Shown: positions 1 to 7,667 of the stretch, in pieces
Numbering within the stretch: the stretch's first letter is position 1
Layout of the letters: the number at the start of each line of letters is the position of its first letter
Assembly: GCA_051382335.1 (NCBI GenBank)
Contig: JBBCAX010000013.1
Location: forward strand, 1-12,343
From: Deltaproteobacteria bacterium TL4
Lineage (GTDB): Bacteria > SAR324 > NAC60-12
DNA: 12,343 nucleotides
Direction: 5' to 3'
The notes under the pieces: model-generated
What the model saw: the letters and a program-made list of their open reading frames with translations, nothing else
Told to the model about the DNA's origin: nothing
The model's database searches: none
Made by a program: the position numbers and the translations under genes

Positions 1-126
1 GAAATAATAACCTTGCATTAATTCATTCATAAAATAAAACCACTGATATTATTGAATAATTAAAACTAAAACCATGAATCAAATGTTCAAAGTCCAGTGA
101 AATAAAAGGTAGAATTTTTTCCCAAC

Positions 127-143
127 ACTTTCGGCACAGCCTC
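127..143 (-). mobile_element. Possible IS terminal inverted repeat (IS5/IS1182-like), element extending left out of the window
   Basis: The minus strand reads GAGGCTGTGCCGAAAGT about 30 bp after the pglX stop, followed by very AT-rich non-coding-looking DNA. It resembles GAGGCTGT..CAAAA IS ends as I recall them. No partner end or transposase is visible. Confidence 0.25.
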
Positions 144-171
144 TTCGGGCAGAAATTGACATATTTTCATT

Positions 172-1731
172 TTACTCCTGATCTCCCGTGACCGCCTTCA
201 CATCCGCCAATAACTCCCCAAACTTGCCATAGTTGACCTTCACCCCATCATCCAGATCGAGGGTGATGCGTTGGTCGGCATAGTGGCGGAGAAGATCATC
301 AAATTTTCCGAGTTCCCCTTGCTTTTTGAGGAGAACATCCAACTCTTTTTGATGCTCTTTGCGGGTGGAGGTGGAGGAGGTTTTGTCGATTTCATCCCGT
401 AGATATTGCTCCCGTGCTGTGAACTTGCCTTGCAATGGAGTGACGTATTCCGTTCTCATGCGGGAGAGGGTCGCTTCATTGTAACGATGCAGATAGACCA
501 GACATTCAAAGGCCCGTTGTTTGCCACTGGAAAACAACCAGTAGATCGGACGTTTTTTGTAGCGTTTGAGGTGATCCTTGAAGAAACTGGTACTGATATA
601 CCGACGGATGGCCGCCTTGGGGGATTCGCCACGTTTGGGAGAAAGGTTGTCTGCTATGAATTTGAGGTTTTGCTCCAATAAAGATTCCTTGTTTTTGTGT
701 GTTCTTGTGTGTTCTTGGCTAAAATCCTCCCCCCAAGCCTTCTCCACAAACTCCACAAAGCGGGTGGTGACATCATCCCAGAAGCCCCAATCCATATCCG
801 TGATCGGAACAATCCCGTCATCATCGGCCTTGAAGGTCTGGTAAAGAGAATGATCAAACCCCTGATTGCCGCTATGGGCATAAACCAATCCGGGTTGTTT
901 GCCGCTACGTAGGGCGGCCCTACCGTTTATCACACCATTGTGGCCGCCATCAAAGACGTGGTTCAATGCGTCATCCAGATTATAACGTCCCATCATGCAG
1001 CCCAGGGCATAACTGATCAGTTCCTGAACCGTATCCTCCCGGAACCGGGTCCAGCCTGCCTCATCGGTTAGATTGCCTCCGTAGCGATACTTCGGATTGA
1101 CCGTCAGGGTGATCTGCTCCAGCGGCACCTCAGGGGTCAGTTCGTCCTGCAACCCGTAAGCGTCAATGAACAACCGGTTGTTTTCCTCCTCCAGCCGTTG
1201 CATTTCGGTGATGTTGGCCTGACTCTGCTGTTGCCAGTTGAGGAAGGATTGTTCCAGGGTTGGGGATTTTGTGTCGGATTGAAGTAATGGAAAGGTCTGG
1301 AAATCCCAGGAGGTTTCGAAGGAGTCCCAATCTTTCTCTGTTTTAAGAACACAACCTTCAACAACTGTTGATAATTCATTCATCGTCTTTTCGTCAGTAA
1401 TTTTTATTGGAAGTTTTCTTAGATCACCAACTTGAAAACTCAAACTTGGGTTGATAATTTTGCTGAGTTCGTCAATGAACTTACTATTTAAAATTGCTAA
1501 AAAATAATAAAAATATCTATCTTCCTTTAGATGAAAAACAGGACCTTTCATATCTGCAATTTGCCCTTCATAAAAACGCATGGAAATCCTAGTTGATGTA
1601 ATATCGCTATACCCGATTCCCTTTTTATACCAATATTTTTCTGAGAGTAAGTTGGATGTTTTATTATTTGAATAATAATTCCTTGCATTAATAGACCAAT
1701 CTACAACAAGATATCGGTGTTTCCAAACCAT
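172..1731 (-). CDS. pglX: BREX-1 adenine methyltransferase PglX, C-terminal fragment (continues the 1701..3959 ORF across a frameshift)
   Basis: Typical PglX C-terminal motifs: DWDSFETSWDF, EEENNRLFIDAYGLQDELTPEVP, LISYALGCMMGRY, HLKRYKKRPIYWLFSSGK, LVYLHRY, LDLDDGVKVNYGKFGELLA. The ORF-track start is probably not real because it overlaps the end of the upstream fragment in the -1 frame. Confidence 0.93.
   Translation of the reverse strand: MVWKHRYLVVDWSINARNYYSNNKTSNLLSEKYWYKKGIGYSDITSTRISMRFYEGQIADMKGPVFHLKEDRYFYYFLAILNSKFIDELSKIINPSLSFQVGDLRKLPIKITDEKTMNELSTVVEGCVLKTEKDWDSFETSWDFQTFPLLQSDTKSPTLEQSFLNWQQQSQANITEMQRLEEENNRLFIDAYGLQDELTPEVPLEQITLTVNPKYRYGGNLTDEAGWTRFREDTVQELISYALGCMMGRYNLDDALNHVFDGGHNGVINGRAALRSGKQPGLVYAHSGNQGFDHSLYQTFKADDDGIVPITDMDWGFWDDVTTRFVEFVEKAWGEDFSQEHTRTHKNKESLLEQNLKFIADNLSPKRGESPKAAIRRYISTSFFKDHLKRYKKRPIYWLFSSGKQRAFECLVYLHRYNEATLSRMRTEYVTPLQGKFTAREQYLRDEIDKTSSTSTRKEHQKELDVLLKKQGELGKFDDLLRHYADQRITLDLDDGVKVNYGKFGELLADVKAVTGDQE
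689..722. repeat. Single arm of the 10-nt-unit (CAAGAACACA) palindromic element, in frame inside pglX
   Basis: ttgtttttgtgtgttcttgtgtgttcttggctaa matches the intergenic arm at 9617..9650 at 32 of 34 positions. It is translated within FSQEHTRTHKNK. Confidence 0.9.
901..923. repeat. Short GTAG...CTAC hairpin (REP-like remnant) inside an apparent pglX insertion
   Basis: GTAGGG-cgg-CCCTAC at 909..923, overlapping a second imperfect palindrome GCCGCTAC/GTAG(GG)CGGC. It lies in the segment DALNHVFDGGHNGVINGRAALRSGK, between RYNLD and PGLVYAH. Confidence 0.45.
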
Positions 1732-3959
1732 TTCCGAAAGGGGCCTCCTTTAGAGTAAAGTACCCACTTTTTATTAGTTCCAGAGTTATTACTCGATACT
1801 TCCCAACGAAAACGGACAAACTTTTCGTTATCAGCAGTTTTATGCAAGGCAACAATTTCAATAAAACGACCAAGGGAGGGATTGTTAACAAACGAATTCC
1901 TTACCCGATCACTCACCCAATAGGCGATGGGGGAGCCTGGAATCTTTTTGAAATCGTCGGAGGAAGCGGTGTAGCGATAGCCACAATCAGGATTTTGGAT
2001 GGCTTCTTTTAACTTGATGGGCTGAGACTCGGCTGACCCTAAATACCCTAAATCAAAGTAATCACCTTTGAGGTTTTCAATTCCATTTCTGAGAGTAAAC
2101 GTAACCAATGGGACAATAGCCGATTCAAAGAAACTTGTGTATGATGGCTTCACAAGGCTGGAAAGCGTTTTACTTGAAAAAATGTAACTTCTGAGTTTTT
2201 CGTAAGATGAAATAAACATCCATGTAAATGGAGTCACCATGCCTAAAAAGCCTGACTTTTTAGACAGTCTAGGAAGGTGTTCCATAAACATTGCGTATGT
2301 ATCTGATTTGCTACCTGGATAATTATCTTGAGCAAACTTCTTCAACTCCGCATTCATTCCCTTTCCGCCCATGTAGGGGGGATTGGCAATGACGCAATCG
2401 TATTTTCGAGCAAGGATGGAGGCTTGTCGCAAAAGCGGCTTTAAGATTTCGATGGCATGATGCTGTTGTAAATGACCTTGAGCGTCACCTTGTTCCAGAA
2501 GAGCGTCAAGGGACGGTAATTGCGATGAAAGTTCGGAAGGAATGGAAATCAGGGAACCAAAGATTTTGGCATTTTCAAAGAGATTTATCAACTGAATCAC
2601 CTGATTGGCGTCTTTGTTTTTTGAAATCAAATCAGGCATATCAGGATAAAGCGAGTCAACAATGTTTTCAGGATCAATATTCGCTGTGCTTTGGATAGCC
2701 ATGACATTTAAATGAACCAGAGAACCCTCCTGTAGAATCCTGCGATTGTCCTCTCTGGCTTTCATCAGCAAGGCAAAGCCCGCCATTTGAGCAGCCCGTT
2801 CATCAATGTCCAATCCATAGAGATTCTTTTCCAGAATGAGTTGCGGGATGTCACGAAGGCGATAGCCCCGTTCCAGATAGATTTCCTTGAGCAAATCGTA
2901 GGCTTCCACGAGAATATGTCCTGAACCACAGGCGGGGTCAAGAATCGTCAATTCTTCAGGATTTAGAGAGTCAGGAGTGATTTTCGCAAGCTGTTGTTTG
3001 ACTTCTTCGGATTGTTCTGCGGGTTCAATGTAGAATTCCATTTTATTTAAACGCAAAGGCGCAAGGTCGCTAAGGTCGCTAAGATTATTTTTATTATTAA
3101 TTTCCTTTGCGCCCTTTGCGTCTTTGCGACTTTGCGTTGAATTTGAAACCCGTTCTCCACGAAGCGATGAATTAGGATAGGTTGCCAGCCACAGTCGTCC
3201 CAGACTGTTCTGCACCATGTATTTTACAATCCAGTTTGGCGTGAACAATTGTGTAGCCGCAGGAATATCTTCACTCTTGACCACCTTGCCAATGACCTCA
3301 TCTTTCTTTTCTGAGATATAGAACTGATAGAGCCAACCGATGATTTCCACATTCTGCCAATCCGATTCCTCAATTTCATTGACCAGTTTACGGAGCAGAG
3401 AATCGGTATGGAGCAGATTATCAGGCAGGAGCAATTCGGTTTCGTCATTGATCTTTTCAAACAGAAACGGCAAGGCATGATGGAGTGCGTTGCATTGCCC
3501 CAGTAATAGACTTCTGTAAAGTTCGGCATCCCGATTACCATCAAGTTTCATGGCAATGATGTCATCCTTTGAAATTCCAGGCAAATCGACATTCTGAGCT
3601 TCTTCCAGAATCTGGGGGTGGGTTTTACCTTCGGGATGACTCAAAACTCGAAAACCATGAGCCAGAAAATCATGCAATTCCATGTACCGTATCGCCACAA
3701 AACGATTAAACCAAGTGTAGGCTACGGATTCCATCGCTGGAACAAAGCCATTATTTTTGATTCGTTCTTCAAGTTTTATTCGTTGCTCTGCCACTCGTTT
3801 GGGGAAAGTTTTATCCCCAATGATGACCGTATTCCCCTGAATCGTAACAGGTTCGATGCGGTTTTTAGAGATACCAAAAGCGTTAGCCCGTTCTGTGACC
3901 GCTTGAATGAAGTCCCTTCTGGCGATGGTAGCATAGGCTTTCAGTTTATTTTTGTTCAT
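1701..3959 (-). CDS. pglX: BREX-1 adenine methyltransferase PglX, N-terminal/catalytic fragment
   Basis: Starts MNKNKLKAYA (ATG at 3959 with AAGGA just upstream; the ORF-track start at 4013 is likely too long). Contains AYTWFNRFVAIRYME, IPAATQLFTPNWIVKYMVQNSLG, SAM-binding motif I DPACGSGHIL, catalytic motif IV NPPY and FKKIPGSPIAYW. Ends prematurely just after KGGPFRKWFGN. Confidence 0.95.
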   Translation of the reverse strand: MNKNKLKAYATIARRDFIQAVTERANAFGISKNRIEPVTIQGNTVIIGDKTFPKRVAEQRIKLEERIKNNGFVPAMESVAYTWFNRFVAIRYMELHDFLAHGFRVLSHPEGKTHPQILEEAQNVDLPGISKDDIIAMKLDGNRDAELYRSLLLGQCNALHHALPFLFEKINDETELLLPDNLLHTDSLLRKLVNEIEESDWQNVEIIGWLYQFYISEKKDEVIGKVVKSEDIPAATQLFTPNWIVKYMVQNSLGRLWLATYPNSSLRGERVSNSTQSRKDAKGAKEINNKNNLSDLSDLAPLRLNKMEFYIEPAEQSEEVKQQLAKITPDSLNPEELTILDPACGSGHILVEAYDLLKEIYLERGYRLRDIPQLILEKNLYGLDIDERAAQMAGFALLMKAREDNRRILQEGSLVHLNVMAIQSTANIDPENIVDSLYPDMPDLISKNKDANQVIQLINLFENAKIFGSLISIPSELSSQLPSLDALLEQGDAQGHLQQHHAIEILKPLLRQASILARKYDCVIANPPYMGGKGMNAELKKFAQDNYPGSKSDTYAMFMEHLPRLSKKSGFLGMVTPFTWMFISSYEKLRSYIFSSKTLSSLVKPSYTSFFESAIVPLVTFTLRNGIENLKGDYFDLGYLGSAESQPIKLKEAIQNPDCGYRYTASSDDFKKIPGSPIAYWVSDRVRNSFVNNPSLGRFIEIVALHKTADNEKFVRFRWEVSSNNSGTNKKWVLYSKGGPFRKWFGNTDILL
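3046..3141. repeat. Complete tandem-unit palindromic element (CGCAAAG family), in frame inside pglX
   Basis: Left arm tttaaACGCAAAGG-CGCAAGGT-CGCTAAGGT-CGCTAAG, then an AT-rich spacer, then right arm CTTTGCGCC-CTTTGCGT-CTTTGCGA-CTTTGCGTTgaa. It shares its start (taacgcaaaggcgca-like) with the element at 10277..10376. Confidence 0.9.
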
Positions 3960-4146
3960 ATTTCCTTTAAAATTGCATTTTATATCTTGATATAGATTGT
4001 TATCTTGATCCATGTATAATAGTCGGGTACATATCCATTAAAAAGTGCCTAAAATTTGAAGTGTCTGAAGTAAATGATTTTGAAAGGGGCTTCATGATAA
4101 TATTGGGTAAAAATGATTATTAATTAATATCGAGTTCCAGAATACC

Positions 4147-4932
4147 ATGATACTTAACCTCCCTCACTGTAAAAGACGAACTTTTAAAAAACATTTTTTA
4201 ATAGGGGTTTATTGTGAAGTTGAATATCAGGCAATGGCTAATACCATTATACTGGAAAAAGAAGATACACTGAGAGACAAACTCGTAGATTTTGGATTTC
4301 ACGATTCAAAAAAAGTGGTTCACAATCAATTTTTCTTTCAAGGAAATCATTCAGTACCTCAGGTCATTAATATTCAACAAAACGCAAATCCTGTTGGGAT
4401 TGCTTTTGTCAGTTTAGAACCTAAACGTGAATTACAAATCACCTCAGACCGTGTTGTATTTTCAGATTATAGTTACCAGGGTTTTGATGATTTCGAAAGA
4501 AGACTAAAAGGATACTTTAAGATTATTGAAAAGGAACTTGGAAAGCTTTCTCCCATCAAAGTTGGATTTCGTAAAATAAATTCCATTATTGTCGAGCCTG
4601 TAACCTCTTATTCTGACGCTTGTTCGATTTTTAATCCATCCTTGTTTGGAACATTACGGAGCGGTATTGCGGGGAAAGATGCGTTGAAACTGATAGAAGA
4701 GTCGATGGTACTGGAACTGGGTCAGGACATCTGCTTGATCAGAAATCAATTTAAACAACTGGATAAAGCCGACAGATACCAAGCTGTCCTGGATTTTGAC
4801 CTGATTCGAAAAGAACCTGGTAATATAAAGAATGTGATGGAAAATATACTTCCCAGCTTTAATGCCAGGCATTTCGATCTTTTTATGTGGTCAATCACAG
4901 ATACGATGATTAAACTGATGGAGGAAGAATGA
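4147..4932 (+). CDS. TIGR04255-like uncharacterised protein (261 aa), first gene of the inserted operon
   Basis: The N-terminal F..hfL..V.CEV.Y, central Y.GFDDF, KVGFRKINSI (cf. RIGLRYINRI) and C-terminal VLDFD...LFMWSIT fit the pattern I associate with TIGR04255. The stop overlaps the next start (ATGA). Confidence 0.75.
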   Translation: MILNLPHCKRRTFKKHFLIGVYCEVEYQAMANTIILEKEDTLRDKLVDFGFHDSKKVVHNQFFFQGNHSVPQVINIQQNANPVGIAFVSLEPKRELQITSDRVVFSDYSYQGFDDFERRLKGYFKIIEKELGKLSPIKVGFRKINSIIVEPVTSYSDACSIFNPSLFGTLRSGIAGKDALKLIEESMVLELGQDICLIRNQFKQLDKADRYQAVLDFDLIRKEPGNIKNVMENILPSFNARHFDLFMWSITDTMIKLMEEE

Positions 4933-5276
4933 TGAGAAAATCAAGTAACGATGCGAGTTCCCCACTTTCCTACTCTTTGCATCCACAAGTAAAATACAAT
5001 CCTGAAAAAAAGACATTATCTCCAGTGAATCAAAGAATTATATTTATGAGTTACTTACCTGATCACTCAAATTATATACTTCTTTTGAAAGGAACTCATA
5101 CTGTTACAGAAACAAGTGAACCTGCTATTTATTGCAATACAGGATCAACAACATATATTCAAGAAACATGGTCTCATATCCCTAATCTTGCTTCATATTC
5201 GGAACTCATAGAGGATTATGATGTATCAGAGGTTGAAGAACAGCAAATGCAAGCTGCCAAAAACTATGGCTGGTAA
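4929..5276 (+). CDS. Hypothetical protein (115 aa), S/T/P-rich with acidic C-terminus; possible antitoxin/regulator
   Basis: ATGA overlap with the upstream stop, GAGGA RBS-like sequence upstream, and a 14-nt gap to the next gene. No recognisable domain. Confidence 0.7.
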   Translation: MMRKSSNDASSPLSYSLHPQVKYNPEKKTLSPVNQRIIFMSYLPDHSNYILLLKGTHTVTETSEPAIYCNTGSTTYIQETWSHIPNLASYSELIEDYDVSEVEEQQMQAAKNYGW

Positions 5277-5290
5277 GTAAGAGTATATTA

Positions 5291-5824
5291 ATGATGAGTT
5301 CTCCATATTACACTTCAATCAATACTAATCATCGTTGGCAGGGAGATATTTACAAATCCGAAGATTTTGGTTCTTCGGTTCCCTCTTCAAAGATTCCCCT
5401 TTGGATGCTTGTTAATCGTACTTGTCATTTAGTCGAAAGTCCCTCTCGTTCTGTTAAAATTACCCACCTAGTATTTTGTATAGTAATTACGCTCAGAGAT
5501 TTTATTGAAGCCTCTGGGAGTCAAAAAAACTTAAAAAATCAAATTTCTAATATTGTGAAAGGTAAAACAGAGAATTTGATGTTCTTACCTGTTGATGCCC
5601 AATATGGAGTTCAGGAACCTTTGGTTGCGGACTTCAATATGATTTATTCTTTTGACTTAACAGTATGTCCCACAGCAGAAAAAAAGTTAACCCAACTTAC
5701 CTCTCCATTTGCGGAACATCTATTTCAGCGGTTTGCACGTTGGTTTTATACTGTAGGATTCGATGATACTGAACTGAGCGGTGATGATTATATTCAAAAT
5801 CTAGTGCAATTAGTTAAAACCTGA
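5291..5824 (+). CDS. Hypothetical protein (177 aa) with QGDI...LVNRTCHL motif; possible PemK/MazF-fold toxin
   Basis: Intact ORF and third gene of a tightly packed operon. WQGDIY...LWMLVNRTCHL...LVFCIVI parallels the MazF layout RGDIY...PVLVVS.D...VIVAPIT. The fold assignment is inference. Confidence 0.7.
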   Translation: MMSSPYYTSINTNHRWQGDIYKSEDFGSSVPSSKIPLWMLVNRTCHLVESPSRSVKITHLVFCIVITLRDFIEASGSQKNLKNQISNIVKGKTENLMFLPVDAQYGVQEPLVADFNMIYSFDLTVCPTAEKKLTQLTSPFAEHLFQRFARWFYTVGFDDTELSGDDYIQNLVQLVKT

Positions 5825-5996
5825 TGTTGCTTGTGCAAATTTTGGGGTAGGACACAAAACAAGGTTCAAACTGAAATTCAAGTATTCAGAACCAAAAATT
5901 CATCAGTCAGAATGCCATTACCACTAACAAAATCCTTTCGAGATTTGATCGTATGGTAAAAAGCACATCATCTGGTTTTATGGGTTTCTTTCTAAT

Positions 5997-7667
5997 CTAT
6001 TTAATCCAAACCCGTTCTTTATTGGAAATCGCCTTTTCCAATTCTTGCCTGAGTATTATTAAAAAATCATCAATGTCCTGCTCGGTTTCCAAAATTATTT
6101 TAGGAACCAGTTGAGAAAGATAAATGTTTATAGGAGGCTTTACAGGGTCATTAGGATTCTGTTCAAGCTCAAACAGAATGTCATCCAACTTTTCCTGCGC
6201 AGAATTCTTGGCATAATGAATGTCTGGAATACCCACTTCACTTTGTATTTGTTTCTTAATATCCTGGAGTGGTTTTAGCAAACGGTTACTTAATATTCCG
6301 TCTGCTTTAGCTTCATCCAGTTTGGTTTTAATCTGTGCCATCATCTGGTCCAGGACGGCTTCCACTTCCTGCCGTTTAGTTTGAATCAAATGTTCATTGA
6401 TGGGAGCGACCGTTGCGATCAAGTCATCCGCTTCTTTGATCAGAGTGTATGGGTGAAGGGCCTTGAGGATTTCTTCCATGCGTTGCATGGCTTTGAACGC
6501 CTGAGGATTTTCCTGCAAATCCTTCTGATTCAAACTAAAGTGCTGGTGAGCCTGAATCAATCGTTCCCAGGTGGTTTTTTGATTTTTATAAAAGCCTCTG
6601 AGATCATGCAAATCTTCGGAGAAGTCCTCCAAATCCTTTTTACTTTTGAGAAAGGCTCCAAGGAACTGGTAGCTATCCTGATGGGACAACAAGGGAGGTA
6701 AGGTTTTCAAAGCAGAGGCGACAATTGTTCCTCCAGGGTATTTCCCCGTTTGGGTCAAAGGCTTGATCTCCTCTAAATCCGATTTCCATTGAGTCAAATG
6801 GTGTTTAAGGAAATCAAACAAATCCTGTTCAGCGTCTGGCCCGATTTGCCCAAATAAATGTTGTCCGAGCTTCCGTGCTTTTTCCAAAGAATCCTTATCA
6901 AGGATACGACGCTTGTGCAGGGATACCAATTTCCATTTGGCGGTTTTACAGAAAAACTCTTGAGCCTCTTCCAGGGTTAAGGGGGAAGTTCCCTGCCTTA
7001 AGTTGATGGAATGATTAGAGGCAAGCTTAGCCACTAAAATCACGATTTCCCACTCAGGCCATCCAAACGGGCGACCTGAAAAATGTTCAATGGCTTCGCT
7101 CAAGAGTAAGCGTTGATTTTGGTCGTTCTTCAGTTGGATATAGCGTTGGACTTCATCCATAGCGTAGTTGGCCGCATCTTCTTGAGCCATTTCAATTTGG
7201 GTGACATCGCTGGTGCGGAGGAGAGCCTTGATTTCTTCTTGTGGATTGGGGTGAAACGTTTTGAGGTAGTTTAGCTTGGAATAAAGATTCTGAAGTAAAT
7301 ATTTGAGGGTTTCGTCAACACAGGCTTGAGCATTGGCGGATTTGCTATCCAGCCCTTTTCCCATCGCATAGTATTCCGCCTCAAGGAGCAGCGTTTGGAC
7401 CGCGTCTATTAACCTTTTTTGACGATCCCTGTTTTCTTCCTGCCGATCCCGTAAAATCCGTTGAAGGGTTGAGGGCGCAGAGGAATCGCTTTTGGTCCGA
7501 ATGTATTTATCGGTTTGCAGCCAGGTTCTCAGTTCCCTCGCAAACGCCACAGGGTTGTCCAGCTTGACCACCGCACGGCCATTGTCTTGAATACTGCGGG
7601 TAATACATTTTTCCTGGGAATACCACTCATAGTCATCGGAAAAAGGTGTGATGATTTCCAGCACCAA
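5997..7667 (-). CDS. brxC: BREX P-loop ATPase BrxC, C-terminal fragment (frame is BrxC-like from about 7715)
   Basis: ELRTWLQTDKYIR, FSGRPFGWPEWE, TGKYPG, and the C-terminus LETEQDIDDFL..LRQELEKAI...ERVWIK. The same frame extends upstream as ARLCDGHPWKGKLEQDLVLEIITP, continuing the N-terminal fragment. Confidence 0.9.
   Translation of the reverse strand: MVLEIITPFSDDYEWYSQEKCITRSIQDNGRAVVKLDNPVAFARELRTWLQTDKYIRTKSDSSAPSTLQRILRDRQEENRDRQKRLIDAVQTLLLEAEYYAMGKGLDSKSANAQACVDETLKYLLQNLYSKLNYLKTFHPNPQEEIKALLRTSDVTQIEMAQEDAANYAMDEVQRYIQLKNDQNQRLLLSEAIEHFSGRPFGWPEWEIVILVAKLASNHSINLRQGTSPLTLEEAQEFFCKTAKWKLVSLHKRRILDKDSLEKARKLGQHLFGQIGPDAEQDLFDFLKHHLTQWKSDLEEIKPLTQTGKYPGGTIVASALKTLPPLLSHQDSYQFLGAFLKSKKDLEDFSEDLHDLRGFYKNQKTTWERLIQAHQHFSLNQKDLQENPQAFKAMQRMEEILKALHPYTLIKEADDLIATVAPINEHLIQTKRQEVEAVLDQMMAQIKTKLDEAKADGILSNRLLKPLQDIKKQIQSEVGIPDIHYAKNSAQEKLDDILFELEQNPNDPVKPPINIYLSQLVPKIILETEQDIDDFLIILRQELEKAISNKERVWIK

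Noticed and set aside
1..170. Minus-strand frame starting right after the pglX stop (MKICQFLPEE...) as the start of pglZ
   Set aside because: It is open to the window edge but F/Y/I/N-rich like translated AT-rich non-coding DNA, with no resemblance to PglZ. It cannot be fully excluded without the flank.
3960..4013. PglX start at 4013
   Set aside because: The family-like N-terminus and the RBS point to the ATG at 3959.
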